Shown piece after piece: positions 51,098-62,099 of a DNA stretch of 64,000 bases. Position 1 is the stretch's first letter. Every line of letters starts with the position of its first letter. Under the pieces are notes generated by a model. That model worked only from the letters and a program-made list of their open reading frames with translations, did no database searches and was not told the DNA's origin. The DNA is from a bacterium. GTDB lineage: Bacteria > Patescibacteriota > Patescibacteriia > Patescibacteriales > UBA12465. A program made the position numbers and the translations under genes. The stretch lies in assembly GCA_035402825.1 (NCBI GenBank), contig DAONDZ010000003.1, forward strand, positions 4,965 to 68,964, given 5' to 3'.

Positions 51098-52900
51098 TTA
51101 TCTTTTTAATATTTTGACAAAAGTATCCGGCGGAATATCAACACTGCCCTTGCCGGCGGCCATCATTTTCTTTTTGCCCCGTTTCTGTTTTTCTAAAAGC
51201 TTCAATTTTCTGGTGTAATCGCCGCCATACAACTTAGCCGTCACATCTTTGCGCATCGCCGACAATCTTTCCGCCGCAATCACTTTGCCGCCAATCGCCG
51301 CTTGCAATTTCACTGCGAACATCTGTTTCGGCAAACTTTCTTTTAAAATATTAACCACTTCTTTGCCCTGACGAAAAGCCTCATCACGATAGACAATGGT
51401 GGCCAAAGCCTCAATTGGTTCTTCGGCAACTAGAATATCCATCTTGACCACATCAGCCAAGCGATAGTCTAAATATTCATAGTTGATAGAGGCATAACCG
51501 GAACTGACGCTTTTTATCTTGTCATAAAAATCGGTTAAAATGGCCGACATCGGGATTTCATAACGGAGAATAACGCGAGATTCATCGCTATCGGCGGAAA
51601 TATATTCGGTATTCTTGTAGACGCCTTTTTTGTCCTGAGCTAATTTAATAATATTGCCCATGTATTCTTTAGGAGAAATGACATCTAAAGTCACCCAAGG
51701 CTCTTCAATTCTGTCAACAAAAGTCGGATCCGGCAATTTCTGAGGAGTACGGATAATTACTTCTTCTCCGGATTTTTTAAACACCTTATAGGCGACGCTG
51801 GGTATAGTAACGATAATATCCAAATTATATTCCCGGCGCAATCTTTCTTGAAATATTTCCAAATGAAGTAATCCTAAGAAACCGCAGCGAAAACCGAATC
51901 CTAAAGCTTCAGAATGTTCAGGTTCATAAGCCAAGGCGCTATCATTGAGCTTTAGCTTTTCCATGGCTTCTCGTAAGTCCTGCAAGTCGTCACCCTCTTT
52001 GGGGAAGATGCCGGCAAAGACCATCGGCTTCACCTCTTTATACCCCGGCAGAGCCTCCGGCTTGTTGCTGGGCTCATAAGGAAAAGTGATGGTATCGCCC
52101 ACGCGGCACTCGCTGACATTTTTAAAACCAGTGACGATATAGCCGATGCTGCCGGTGTCTAAACTGCCAGTGGAAAAATAATCCGGACGGAAGATGCCAA
52201 TATCCAAAACTTCACTCTGAGCATTAGTAGCCATTAATTTTATCTTATCTCCTTTTTTTAAACTGCCATCAAAGATTCGGACATAGGCTACCACTCCGCG
52301 GTATTCGTCATACTTGGAATCAAAAATCAAAGCTCGCGGTACTTTCCCGGAACTAACTTTCGGCGGCTGGCCTTGTTTAATAACTTCACGCAGAACCTCG
52401 GGCACGCCTTCGCCGGTTTTCCCTGAAGCGCAGATAATTTCATCTTCCGAGCAGCCTAAAAGCTTAACGATTTCTCGTTTGGTTTTAGGCACATTAGCGG
52501 CCGGCAAATCAATCTTGTTAACTACCGGGATAATAGTAATATCTTGCTCTAAAGCTAAATAAAGGTTGGCTAGAGTCTGGGCCTGAATACCCTGAGTACA
52601 GTCCACTAATAAGACGGCTGTTTCTACGGCCGCCAAAGAGCGGGAAACTTCGTAAGAAAAATCCACATGACCGGGGGTGTCAATGAGGTTTAGTTGATAG
52701 CCCTCGTATTCCATGGTCACCGGCTGCAGTTTAATGGTGATGCCGCGCTCTCTTTCAATATCCATACCGTCTAAAATCTGATCCCGCATTTTGCGCTTAT
52801 CTACCGTATTAGTTATCTCCAACATTCTATCGGCCAAGGTGGATTTACCATGGTCAATATGGGCTATTATGCAGTAATTTCTAATTTTTTCGATATTCAT
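51098..52900 (-). CDS. lepA: Elongation factor 4
   Basis: IRNYCIIAHIDHGKSTLADR and DTPGHVDF, with a LepA-specific C-terminal domain; 600 aa. Confidence 0.95.
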   Translation of the reverse strand: MNIEKIRNYCIIAHIDHGKSTLADRMLEITNTVDKRKMRDQILDGMDIERERGITIKLQPVTMEYEGYQLNLIDTPGHVDFSYEVSRSLAAVETAVLLVDCTQGIQAQTLANLYLALEQDITIIPVVNKIDLPAANVPKTKREIVKLLGCSEDEIICASGKTGEGVPEVLREVIKQGQPPKVSSGKVPRALIFDSKYDEYRGVVAYVRIFDGSLKKGDKIKLMATNAQSEVLDIGIFRPDYFSTGSLDTGSIGYIVTGFKNVSECRVGDTITFPYEPSNKPEALPGYKEVKPMVFAGIFPKEGDDLQDLREAMEKLKLNDSALAYEPEHSEALGFGFRCGFLGLLHLEIFQERLRREYNLDIIVTIPSVAYKVFKKSGEEVIIRTPQKLPDPTFVDRIEEPWVTLDVISPKEYMGNIIKLAQDKKGVYKNTEYISADSDESRVILRYEIPMSAILTDFYDKIKSVSSGYASINYEYLDYRLADVVKMDILVAEEPIEALATIVYRDEAFRQGKEVVNILKESLPKQMFAVKLQAAIGGKVIAAERLSAMRKDVTAKLYGGDYTRKLKLLEKQKRGKKKMMAAGKGSVDIPPDTFVKILKR

Positions 52901-52904
52901 ACGC

Positions 52905-52944
52905 TAAAAAAGATATAAATAAAGCGATATGGCTGCATATCGCT
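52905..52944 (-). terminator. Rho-independent terminator after murJ
   Basis: A 9-bp agcgatatg/catatcgct stem with a gctg loop and a U-rich tail on the minus strand. Confidence 0.65.
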
Positions 52945-52985
52945 AAACCTAATTTTATCTTAATGTATTTTGGCCTATCGGTCAA

Positions 52986-54629
52986 TTAGAGCCCCCGCAC
53001 CTCACCTTGGTCGTCAACCTTCAATTTGCGCCAAGGCAAACGGGAAGAAATTAACACCAAGAAATGATCTAATTCCTCGGCTTTCAAGAAGCGGCAGAAG
53101 ACAATATAGCCCAAGAGGCCAATCAACCCGGCCCCCGCTCCTTGCGTCACTACCCCCCAAAAAGACTGCATATCGACATAAGGTGAAATCAACACTTTGC
53201 TGCCCTGGATCATAAATCCGGCAGCTAAACCGGCGCCGGAAAATTTCAAAGTAGAAATCAAGATACGCTTCTGATCCAATTCTCCCACCTTAACCCATAA
53301 CCATAACCAAAGTAGAATGAAGTTTAAGATATTGCCAATGGAAAAAGCAAAAGCTAAGCCGGCCACCCCCATCTTTTTTCCCAAGAACCAAGACAACGCT
53401 ACATTAGCAGCCACCACTATTAGCCCGATATAGAACGGGGTGCGGGAATCATGGCGAGCATAAAAAACTCTAGTTAAAAGAGGCACCAAAGCTTGGGCGA
53501 ACAAACTAAGAGCAAAAAATCCTAAAGCGTTCATGGTCAAAATGGTGTCTTCCCAATTAAAATTACCAGCACCATAAACAACTCTGATAATCTGAGCGCG
53601 CAAAGTGATGATTAGGATGGTGGCTGGAATGATAAAAAATAATATTTGCCGAACAGTGGAAGAAAAATTTTTGACCAGCCTCTCTTTGTCAAAAGCAAAT
53701 TGAGATAAGACCGGGAAGGCCGCCACTGCAAAGGAGATACCGAAAATGCCCACCGGGAATGATTGCAAATTATTAGCAAAATTAAAAACCGCCAAAGATC
53801 CGCTGGGAAGCAGCGAGGCGATAATGGTAATAACCAATAAATTAATCTGGGCGATAGCCAAACTCAAAGTGCGCGGAATCATCATCCTCAATATCTGACG
53901 GAAATGGCTGTCGCGCCAATTAATAATCAAACGATATCGATAACCTAAAAGAAAGACCGCTGGCAATTGAATAATGAAATGCAAGAAAGCTCCCAAGGCG
54001 ACGCCCCAAGCCAAGCCGGAAATACCCCAAATCGGCACCAAGAAATAAGCGCCGATAATAATTCCCACGTTGTACATTATCGGAGCCAAAGAATAAATTA
54101 AAAAGTTCTTAAACGATTGTAATACTCCCCCCAAGACTCCGGAAAGCCCTAGAAACACCGGGGAAAAAAACATAATCCTGGTTAGCTGAGCCGTAGCCAA
54201 TTTGTCGACCGCTGAAAATCCGGGAGAAATTAAATTAACCAGCTGAGGAGCAAAGATTATACCGGCCACCGACAACAAGAGCAGCAGCAGGAACAAAGAG
54301 TTCAACATGTTATTCACCAAATTCCAAGCCGGACGGTTTAGCCAGCTGAATAAATCTTGTTTGCTATCACTTCTAAAGTCTTTGATTAGTCCGGTTAAAA
54401 CCGGGATAAACCCGGCCGACAAAGCTCCTAAAATTAAGAGATTATAAATTAAATCCGGAATCCGAAAAGCACTATAATAAATATCCAAAGTAGCATCGGC
54501 GCCAAATTGGCTAGCCAATATCCTATCGCGTACTATGCCTAAAATCCGAGAAGCCAAAGAAAAAACACCGACTAAAAAGGCGGCCATGGCGATGCTATTA
54601 GTTTGACGGTTGAAAAAACGAGACAACAT
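52986..54629 (-). CDS. murJ: Lipid II flippase MurJ (MviN)
   Basis: SRILGIVRDRILASQFGA and about 14 TM helices; 547 aa. Confidence 0.9.
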   Translation of the reverse strand: MLSRFFNRQTNSIAMAAFLVGVFSLASRILGIVRDRILASQFGADATLDIYYSAFRIPDLIYNLLILGALSAGFIPVLTGLIKDFRSDSKQDLFSWLNRPAWNLVNNMLNSLFLLLLLLSVAGIIFAPQLVNLISPGFSAVDKLATAQLTRIMFFSPVFLGLSGVLGGVLQSFKNFLIYSLAPIMYNVGIIIGAYFLVPIWGISGLAWGVALGAFLHFIIQLPAVFLLGYRYRLIINWRDSHFRQILRMMIPRTLSLAIAQINLLVITIIASLLPSGSLAVFNFANNLQSFPVGIFGISFAVAAFPVLSQFAFDKERLVKNFSSTVRQILFFIIPATILIITLRAQIIRVVYGAGNFNWEDTILTMNALGFFALSLFAQALVPLLTRVFYARHDSRTPFYIGLIVVAANVALSWFLGKKMGVAGLAFAFSIGNILNFILLWLWLWVKVGELDQKRILISTLKFSGAGLAAGFMIQGSKVLISPYVDMQSFWGVVTQGAGAGLIGLLGYIVFCRFLKAEELDHFLVLISSRLPWRKLKVDDQGEVRGL

Positions 54630-54634
54630 AATAA

Positions 54635-56665
54635 TTAATTGATTATTCTGACATCTACGACCTTAATCTTGTCACTCAATACAAACAAAGGATTAATATC
54701 TAATTCGCTGATTTCCGGATGGTCTTTAGCTAATTTAGCTATTTTAACTATTGCCTTAGCCAATTCATCTATGGCCAGCCTGTCGCCGGTTCTTTTTCCG
54801 GATAGCAACGGATAACATTTTAGAGAAGCAATCATTTGCTTGGCCTGAGCCAAATCTAAATCAGCTAGAGCCGAAACAACATCCTTAAATGCTTCAGTAT
54901 ATATTCCGCCATAGCCCAGCATAATTATCGGGCCAAATACTTCGTCCCGTTTAAAGCCCAACAACATCTCTACGCCGCCTTCAATTCTCTCTTGGGCCAC
55001 TAGATAGTTTCCCGCGCCAGAAAGCAAAGGGTGATGGAACAAACGTTTTAACTCCAGCGGACTTTCTAGATTCGGGAAAACTGCGCGATATTCACTTTTG
55101 TGAATCAAATTCGGGCCGACTATCTTAACGGCTAAAGGATAGCGCAAATTAATCTGCTGGGGCGATATTTTTTTGGTAGCTGCTACCGGCAAATGATATT
55201 TTTCCAACAGCTTCAAGGATTCTAAGAAATCCATAAGCTTTCCAGTAGCAATTATCTTCTTTCCAGAATTAATCTCATAGGGCTTAACAGTTTTAATGCG
55301 GCGATAATAACCAACCAATTTTATCAAAGAACTGATAGCTGTTTCCGGATAAGGGAAGGCCGGGATTAAACTGCGACGCAATATTTCAATGCCCGGAGCC
55401 ACCTCTTCTCCGCCCAAGAAAACCGCCGAAAATATTTTGGCCGGGTTCTTCTTGGCCGCCGCAACTATCGCTTGAGCAGTGGCCGTAATTTCCGTCACGG
55501 TCTGAGGAGTTAATATCACCAAAATATTCTTCACTAAGGCATCAGCGGCAACGGTCTGCAAAGCTAGCTCATATCGCTTAGCATCGGCATCGCCTAAAAG
55601 ATCCAGAGGATTATGAATCCGGACTAGCGGCGGCAGTTTCTTAGATAATCCTTTGCCGGTTTTTTTAGAAAACTCCGGCAAAATAAAGCCGTGCGATAAA
55701 GCTTCGTCGGCACTAAGTACTAAAGGGCCGCCGGCGTTAGAAATGATGGTTAAATTGTTTGTATCAATTTTTCGAGTGCGGCCGGCGAGAATTAAGAAGT
55801 TAAATAATTCTGATAGATTATTCGCCAAAATAGCTCCGCAGCGCTCCACGGCCACCTTAGTAGCCCCATAGGAGCCCACCAGGCTGCCCGTATGAGATTT
55901 AGCAGCCGCTTCTCCGGCCTTGGTCTGTCCAGCCTTTAAAATAATTACCGGCTTGACCTTAGCCAGGCGAGACAATTTGGCCAAAAACTTTTCTCCATCT
56001 TTAATTTGTTCCAAATAGACAGCCACCATCTCGGTCTTGGGGTCAGAGAGGAGATAAGAAAAAATATCGGCCTCTTCTAGATGAGCTTCATTGCCCAAAC
56101 TAACAAAATGAGACAAGCCAATTTGGTTAGCATCAGCAAAATCCAAGATGGAGCTGGCGATAGCGCCGGACTGAGAAACTAAGGCGATATTATGCTGGCG
56201 CTTAACATCATTCAAGCCGGCATATTTAGCGAAACTGGCGTTGAGATGAGACTGGTGGCTAATCAGCCCCAAGCAATTAGGTCCTAAAATATTTAAATTA
56301 TACTGCCGCGCTATTTTAGCCATGGCCGCTTCCGCCTCTTTGCCGGCGGCTGATGTTTCTCCAAACCCGGCGGCGATGATAATAACATTTTTGACTCCGC
56401 TTTGGCCGCATTTTTCCAATTCCGCCAAAACTAAAGGAGCCGGCAGAGCCAAAACGGCCAAGTCAACTTTATTTTTGATAATTGAGATGCTGGAATAGAC
56501 CTTCTGTCCTAAAATGCTTCTGGCTTCAGGATTAACCGGATAAATTTTTCCTTTATACCCCCCGGCGATTAAGTTAGCCAAAATCTGCTGGCCGATTTTT
56601 TGCGGATTGCGCGAGGCGCCGATAATGGCTACCGAACGAGGATGAAAAAAAGCGTTGAAATTCAT
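54635..56665 (-). CDS. ADP-forming acetyl-CoA synthetase (fused alpha/beta, NDP-forming acyl-CoA synthetase family)
   Basis: A CoA-binding N-terminus (FFHPRSVAIIGASRNPQKIG), a succinyl-CoA-ligase-like middle and an ATP-grasp C-terminus; 676 aa. Confidence 0.85.
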   Translation of the reverse strand: MNFNAFFHPRSVAIIGASRNPQKIGQQILANLIAGGYKGKIYPVNPEARSILGQKVYSSISIIKNKVDLAVLALPAPLVLAELEKCGQSGVKNVIIIAAGFGETSAAGKEAEAAMAKIARQYNLNILGPNCLGLISHQSHLNASFAKYAGLNDVKRQHNIALVSQSGAIASSILDFADANQIGLSHFVSLGNEAHLEEADIFSYLLSDPKTEMVAVYLEQIKDGEKFLAKLSRLAKVKPVIILKAGQTKAGEAAAKSHTGSLVGSYGATKVAVERCGAILANNLSELFNFLILAGRTRKIDTNNLTIISNAGGPLVLSADEALSHGFILPEFSKKTGKGLSKKLPPLVRIHNPLDLLGDADAKRYELALQTVAADALVKNILVILTPQTVTEITATAQAIVAAAKKNPAKIFSAVFLGGEEVAPGIEILRRSLIPAFPYPETAISSLIKLVGYYRRIKTVKPYEINSGKKIIATGKLMDFLESLKLLEKYHLPVAATKKISPQQINLRYPLAVKIVGPNLIHKSEYRAVFPNLESPLELKRLFHHPLLSGAGNYLVAQERIEGGVEMLLGFKRDEVFGPIIMLGYGGIYTEAFKDVVSALADLDLAQAKQMIASLKCYPLLSGKRTGDRLAIDELAKAIVKIAKLAKDHPEISELDINPLFVLSDKIKVVDVRIIN

Positions 56666-56672
56666 AAGCGGT

Positions 56673-56855
56673 TTATTTCTTAGAAAAAATAAATAAAGCA
56701 GCTGATATTATCCATAATACCACCAAATAATTGAGATTAAAATAGGTTAGAACCGATAGGGGTTTAATTATTTCCAAAACTATAAACAGAATAATCGCTC
56801 CGGTTAAGGCATAGAATAACTCGCAGCTGATTGTATTTAAAAGATTATTTTTCAT
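56673..56855 (-). CDS. Small two-helix membrane protein
   Basis: 60 aa and almost entirely hydrophobic. Its start overlaps the upstream stop by 4 nt. Confidence 0.45.
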   Translation of the reverse strand: MKNNLLNTISCELFYALTGAIILFIVLEIIKPLSVLTYFNLNYLVVLWIISAALFIFSKK

Positions 56856-58270
56856 AAATTGAACATCTTCTTAATCTTCCCTCCAAGGCTCTGCCCGGAC
56901 AGCTCTGCCCGAATTGATTTTATCTCTACCCCCTGAGTTAGGTCAGGCAAAGAAAGCATAAACTTATAGCGATTATCAACTCTATTGACTCCACTCAAAT
57001 CAAAAACGGCCGTAGCTCGGCGCCAACCATCGCCTAAATCTTCCGGCTCAGAATATTTAGCCACTACGGAGCTGATTTCCCCCAAATTCAAATCAGCGGT
57101 TAATTTCTTGGATCCAGATAGAAAAAAAGCATCAGCCGAAAAGGCTATATCGCCTTCCACTTCCAAAAAGATATCGCCAGCGGTTAAATTAATATTTTTT
57201 AACCCCAGTTCAGTGGTAGTCGCTTTGTAAATAACATCCGTCTTTTCTAAAACTAAATTTTGATCGGCAAAGACTATCTTCCCCAAACTATCCGGATTCG
57301 GGGTTTTGACACGTAAGACTGAGCTGTCGGTTAATAAATTAGCCGGAGAAAACAACCAGGCTTTGTTCTGTAAAACGACATGAGTGTTGGTGGTTTTGAT
57401 AGAGCTGATAATGTCATCGTTAGCCCTAACTTCTATCCGATAGATATCGGGAGCTAAATCTGCCCGATATAATTGCCAGCCGCCGCGATCCTTAATTTCG
57501 CCGCTAGCCGTCTCCGAACCATCATCAATCATTTCTTGGCTGGAGATTAATTCGTTCTGAGAATTATAGATTAAAATAGCTATCGGATCGCCGCCGGCTT
57601 GATTGTTCTGATTTAAATCAGAGAAAGAAAACTCAAAACGCAAAGGCAGGCCGTTAATAGCCGCTAAGATTTGCTGATCGCCGCGCAACTGGGGCCAAGC
57701 ATAATCACCCAAAGTATCAAAAGGCAAAGCTGATTGCAGATAGCCGGGGTCGTAATCAGTTTGATAGGAAGCGGTTTGGGGCCAAGAGGATTTTAATTTC
57801 AAAAGTGGGTCGGGATTAGTCAAAAGTATCTTGCCATTATCAATGCCAATTTGCTTGTCCCAAGTATTCATTAGCTTTTCCAAAATTAAGTTTTCTAAAC
57901 CCCGGGTAGCGAAGCGCCAAAGCTTTTCATCCACCAAAACTCCGGTTTCAATTATCGGCTGGCCGGCAGGATCTAAATTGCGATAGACAAAGGTTAATTT
58001 AGCTTGTTTGAACTCACGGGGGCTAAAGACCGAGAAATAGGCTGGGGATTTAATAAGCCGTAAATATTCGTTGTCCCAGGAAATTCGATCGCTGGGCCCC
58101 AACGGTCCGACAATCTTTTGACCGCCCCAAAAGTTCAAACCCCGCGGGCGATATTCGCCCTTCAAACAACCAAAAGGGACAATGGCTTGATAGATGAAAA
58201 ACAAAAAAGCCAAGCCGATAACCAGGCTAAAAGCAATTCTTAATTTAAGTTTTAAGCTTAATTTTTTCAT
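56852..58270 (-). CDS. Membrane-anchored hypothetical protein
   Basis: 472 aa with an N-terminal TM helix (IAFSLVIGLAFLFFIY) and a beta-rich remainder. No family was recognised. Confidence 0.6.
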   Translation of the reverse strand: MKKLSLKLKLRIAFSLVIGLAFLFFIYQAIVPFGCLKGEYRPRGLNFWGGQKIVGPLGPSDRISWDNEYLRLIKSPAYFSVFSPREFKQAKLTFVYRNLDPAGQPIIETGVLVDEKLWRFATRGLENLILEKLMNTWDKQIGIDNGKILLTNPDPLLKLKSSWPQTASYQTDYDPGYLQSALPFDTLGDYAWPQLRGDQQILAAINGLPLRFEFSFSDLNQNNQAGGDPIAILIYNSQNELISSQEMIDDGSETASGEIKDRGGWQLYRADLAPDIYRIEVRANDDIISSIKTTNTHVVLQNKAWLFSPANLLTDSSVLRVKTPNPDSLGKIVFADQNLVLEKTDVIYKATTTELGLKNINLTAGDIFLEVEGDIAFSADAFFLSGSKKLTADLNLGEISSVVAKYSEPEDLGDGWRRATAVFDLSGVNRVDNRYKFMLSLPDLTQGVEIKSIRAELSGQSLGGKIKKMFNL

Positions 58271-58315
58271 ATCTTCCTATTACACAGTATAGCAAAATTA
58301 ATCCGTTCGGACAAA

Positions 58316-58348
58316 ACAAAAAATCCCTAAATTTTAGGGATTTTTTGC
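58316..58348. terminator. Perfect-palindrome terminator after rpoC
   Basis: The aaaaatccctaaaa/ttttagggattttt hairpin has U-runs on both strands. Confidence 0.75.
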
Positions 58349-58366
58349 TATAGACAGAGTTTATCT

Positions 58367-61300
58367 TTATTTATACTCGGCTCTCTTCTTCTTGCCTTCG
58401 TATCCAGTACCGGCCGGAATTAAGCGACCGATGATGACATTTTCCTTCAAACCTTCCAAATAATCAATTTTGCCGGAAACAGCGGCTTCAATCAACACCC
58501 GCGGGGTTTCTTGGAAGGAAGCAGCGGACAAGAAGCTGTCAGTGGACAAGGAAGTCTTGGTAATGCCCAGGAGCAATCTAGCACCAGTAGCATCAACCTT
58601 AACCTCTTTATTAGCCTCAAACAGAACCTCTTCTTCAATTACCTCACCCGGCAACAAATTGGTATCACCCGGATCTTTAATCAAATAACGGGAGAACATC
58701 TGGCGAGCGATAATTTCCACGTGCTTATCATTCAAAGGCTGACCCTGAGAAGAGTAAACATATTGAATTTCTCGAATAACATATTTCTGAACTGCCAAAC
58801 GGCCGCTAATCTCATACAATTCCTTCAAGTTAAAGCTACCTTCGGTCAACCGGTCGCCTTTCTTGATGCTGTCGCCGTCTTTAACCCAAATCATAGTGCC
58901 GCGCGGAATAATATATTCCTTGACCATCGGCACCACTTTGTCTTTTTCATCTTTGCCGTCATAGCAAACCTTCAAAATCTTTTCATGAGTGCTGTTAACA
59001 GTAACCTCTTTGCCGTCTCGGTCTTTAATTATCTTCTGAGCGAATTCTATTTTGATAGAACCATCGACATCGGCAATTAAAGCTTTCTTCTTCGGAGCCC
59101 GAGCTTCAAAAATTTCTTCCACGCGCGGCAAACCTTGAGTGATATCGTCGGATCCGGCTACACCTCCAGTATGGAAGGTTCTCATGGTCAGCTGCGTACC
59201 AGGTTCACCGATGGACTGAGCGGCAATGATACCGACAGTGGTGCCAAGCTTAACTGCTTTGTTATAAGCTAAGTCGTAGCCATAACATTTGGCGCAAACG
59301 CTCTTATGCAAATGGCAGCTCAAAACGGAACGAATACAAACTTCTTCAATATTGTTAGCTTTCAAAGTCTTAACTACTTCATCGCCCACTAAATCGCCAG
59401 CCGGGACCAAAGTCTTGCCCTTAGCATCCAAAACATCCTTAGCCAAGAAGCGGCCGGAAATCTTTTTGTAGAAATCTTCGCCGACTTCATCGCTTTCTTT
59501 CTTGGTGAGAATTAAGCCTTCGGTATCGCCGCAATCTTCTTCGGTGATAATCACATCCTGAGCCACATCCACTAAACGACGGGTCAAATAACCAGCGTTA
59601 GCGGTACGCAAAGCGGTATCGGACAAACCTTTTCTGGTAGCGTGGGTGGAGATAAAGTATTCCAAAACGCCGAAACCAGCTTTAAAGTTACCCTTAACCG
59701 GCAACTCAATAATAGCACCGGACGGAGAGGTCACCAAACCTTTCATGCCTAAAATCTGTACCGGTTGAGACCAAGAACCGCGAGCTCCAGATTCAATCAT
59801 GGAGTAAAGAGGTAGAATATCAACCAAACTGGCTTTGCAGATATCAGCAATCTTTTCCTTGGCGTTGGTCCAAGTTTCAATTACCTTATTATATCTTTCA
59901 CTTTCAGTCAGCAAACCTTCTTCATATTGGTCTCTGATATTTTCCACTTCATCGCCCGCCTTCTTAATCAACTCATCCTTAGCCGGAAGGTTAGGCAAAT
60001 CGCCAAAGCCCCAGGACAAACCGGACTTGGTAATAAAGGCAAAACTCTTATTCTTCAAATTATCAATAAATTTTACAGTTTCTTCTTCACCATATAAGTT
60101 CAAGCATTCTCTAATCATGCTCTTCAATTTGCCCTTGCCCACCACTTCGTTAACATAAGGCAAGCCTTCCGGGATAATGGTGTTGAAAATGATGCGGCCA
60201 ACGGTAGTTCGCACTAATTTGCCGCCTTTCAAGCGCACTCGAATCGGTTCATGCAAATCAATGTATTTATACTCATAGGCCAAATTAGCTTCATCTTCGT
60301 TATAAAAGGTCCGCAAGGTTTTCTCATCTTTAGTCTCAAAATCCGGATTGTTGAAGGTGATATAATAAGCACCCCAAACGATATCCTGAGAAGGAGTCAC
60401 AATCGGATCGCCGGTGGCCGGTTTCAATAAGTTATGAGATGAAAGCATGATGTCGCGAGCTTCACCCACTGCTTCTTTAGTCAAAGGCACATGGACAGCC
60501 ATTTGGTCGCCATCAAAGTCGGCGTTAAAAGCGGTACAAACCAAGGGGTGAATTTGAATAGCTTTACCTTCAATCAGCACCGGCTTGAAAGCCTGGATAC
60601 CCAAACGATGTAAGGTAGGAGCACGATTCAAAAGCACATAAGCGCCTTTGACAATCTCTTCCAAGATATCCCAAACCTCGTCATGGCCGGCTTCAATATA
60701 GCGAGAAGCGCTTCTGACATTGTGAACTATTTCTCTCTTAATAAGCTGGCTGATGATAAACGGCTTGAATAATTCCAAGGCCATAATCTTCGGCAAACCG
60801 CATTGATCCAAATTCAATTTCGGATTGACCACGATAACGGAACGACCGGAATAATCGACGCGCTTACCCAACAAGTTTTGGCGGAAACGGCCCTGCTTGC
60901 CTTTCAAAGTATCAGCCAATGATTTTAGCTGTCTCTTCTGGCCGGTAGAAGCAGTGACGGTCTTGGTGTTGCGAGAAGAATTGTCCAACAAAGAATCAAC
61001 CGCTTCTTGCAACATGCGTTTCTCATTGCGGCAGATAACTTCCGGCGCATTCAAATCCACTAATTGCTTCAAACGATTATTACGATTAATCACCCGGCGA
61101 TATAAGTCATTCAAATCGGAAGCGGCAAAACGACCGCCGTCTAAGGCGACCATCGGACGCAAATCCGGAGGGATCACCGGCAGAACATTCAAGACCATCC
61201 ATTCCGGACGAATATTATTATTTCTAAAATTCTTCAACAGTTTTAAGCGCTTGATAATCTTCTCCCGCTTGGCTTCCGGGCTGGTTTCCAACCTCTCTTC

Positions 61301-62071
61301 CAGCTTCTTGATGCTCTTGTCTAAATTAATTTTGGACAATAATTTGCGCACCGCCTCGGCGCCAATGGACGCTTCAAACAAATGGCCGAACTTCATGCTC
61401 AAAGTCTGATATTCCTGTTCAGTCAAAATCAAAAGCGGTTTTAAATCTTTCAATTCTTTCTTAGCGGTTTCATAATCAAAATCTAGCTTGGTCATCTTTT
61501 CTTCCTTCATCTTCAAAGCATCATCCTTTTCATTCTTTTCTTTAGAATCCTTGAAGTTCTTCTGATATTCATCATCAATGCTCTTTTTCTTGCTCTTATA
61601 TTCCCGCTTGATCTGTTCCAAGGTGGCTTCCTTTAAACTGTCATCCACATCGGTCACAATAAAGTTAGCGAAATAAACGACTTTCTCCAAGGACTGGATG
61701 CTTAAGTTCAGCACCAAGCCGATTTTGGAAGAAAGACCGCGCAAGAACCAAACATGAGTGGCCGGCACCTGCAAAGAGATGTGGCCCATATGTTCACGGC
61801 GGACTACGCTGCGGGTAACTTCAACGCCGCACTTATCGCAGACTACGCCTTTATAACGAATTTTTTTATACTTGCCGCAAGCGCACTCCCAGTCCTTGGT
61901 CGGACCAAAAATTCGTTCGCAGAACAAACCGTCTCTTTCCGGTTTTTGAGTTCGATAGTTGATAGTTTCCGGCCGAGTAACTTCGCCATGGCTCCAACCC
62001 AGAATTTCTTCCGGTGAAGCGAGTTTTAATCTGATGGCGTCGAAATCGCTGGTTTTAATTGGATTAAGCAT
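58367..62071 (-). CDS. rpoC: DNA-directed RNA polymerase subunit beta'
   Basis: A zinc motif (CACGKY..CDKCGVEV), the catalytic motif NADFDGDQMAVH and the trigger-loop region; 1,234 aa. Confidence 0.97.
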   Translation of the reverse strand: MLNPIKTSDFDAIRLKLASPEEILGWSHGEVTRPETINYRTQKPERDGLFCERIFGPTKDWECACGKYKKIRYKGVVCDKCGVEVTRSVVRREHMGHISLQVPATHVWFLRGLSSKIGLVLNLSIQSLEKVVYFANFIVTDVDDSLKEATLEQIKREYKSKKKSIDDEYQKNFKDSKEKNEKDDALKMKEEKMTKLDFDYETAKKELKDLKPLLILTEQEYQTLSMKFGHLFEASIGAEAVRKLLSKINLDKSIKKLEERLETSPEAKREKIIKRLKLLKNFRNNNIRPEWMVLNVLPVIPPDLRPMVALDGGRFAASDLNDLYRRVINRNNRLKQLVDLNAPEVICRNEKRMLQEAVDSLLDNSSRNTKTVTASTGQKRQLKSLADTLKGKQGRFRQNLLGKRVDYSGRSVIVVNPKLNLDQCGLPKIMALELFKPFIISQLIKREIVHNVRSASRYIEAGHDEVWDILEEIVKGAYVLLNRAPTLHRLGIQAFKPVLIEGKAIQIHPLVCTAFNADFDGDQMAVHVPLTKEAVGEARDIMLSSHNLLKPATGDPIVTPSQDIVWGAYYITFNNPDFETKDEKTLRTFYNEDEANLAYEYKYIDLHEPIRVRLKGGKLVRTTVGRIIFNTIIPEGLPYVNEVVGKGKLKSMIRECLNLYGEEETVKFIDNLKNKSFAFITKSGLSWGFGDLPNLPAKDELIKKAGDEVENIRDQYEEGLLTESERYNKVIETWTNAKEKIADICKASLVDILPLYSMIESGARGSWSQPVQILGMKGLVTSPSGAIIELPVKGNFKAGFGVLEYFISTHATRKGLSDTALRTANAGYLTRRLVDVAQDVIITEEDCGDTEGLILTKKESDEVGEDFYKKISGRFLAKDVLDAKGKTLVPAGDLVGDEVVKTLKANNIEEVCIRSVLSCHLHKSVCAKCYGYDLAYNKAVKLGTTVGIIAAQSIGEPGTQLTMRTFHTGGVAGSDDITQGLPRVEEIFEARAPKKKALIADVDGSIKIEFAQKIIKDRDGKEVTVNSTHEKILKVCYDGKDEKDKVVPMVKEYIIPRGTMIWVKDGDSIKKGDRLTEGSFNLKELYEISGRLAVQKYVIREIQYVYSSQGQPLNDKHVEIIARQMFSRYLIKDPGDTNLLPGEVIEEEVLFEANKEVKVDATGARLLLGITKTSLSTDSFLSAASFQETPRVLIEAAVSGKIDYLEGLKENVIIGRLIPAGTGYEGKKKRAEYK

Positions 62072-62099
62072 ATGATTATAATTGAAATTTAATTAATGA

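Noticed and set aside
58511-61409. + strand ORFs of 189 and 170 aa inside rpoC.
   Set aside because: They are antisense to a fully conserved rpoC and are shadow ORFs.
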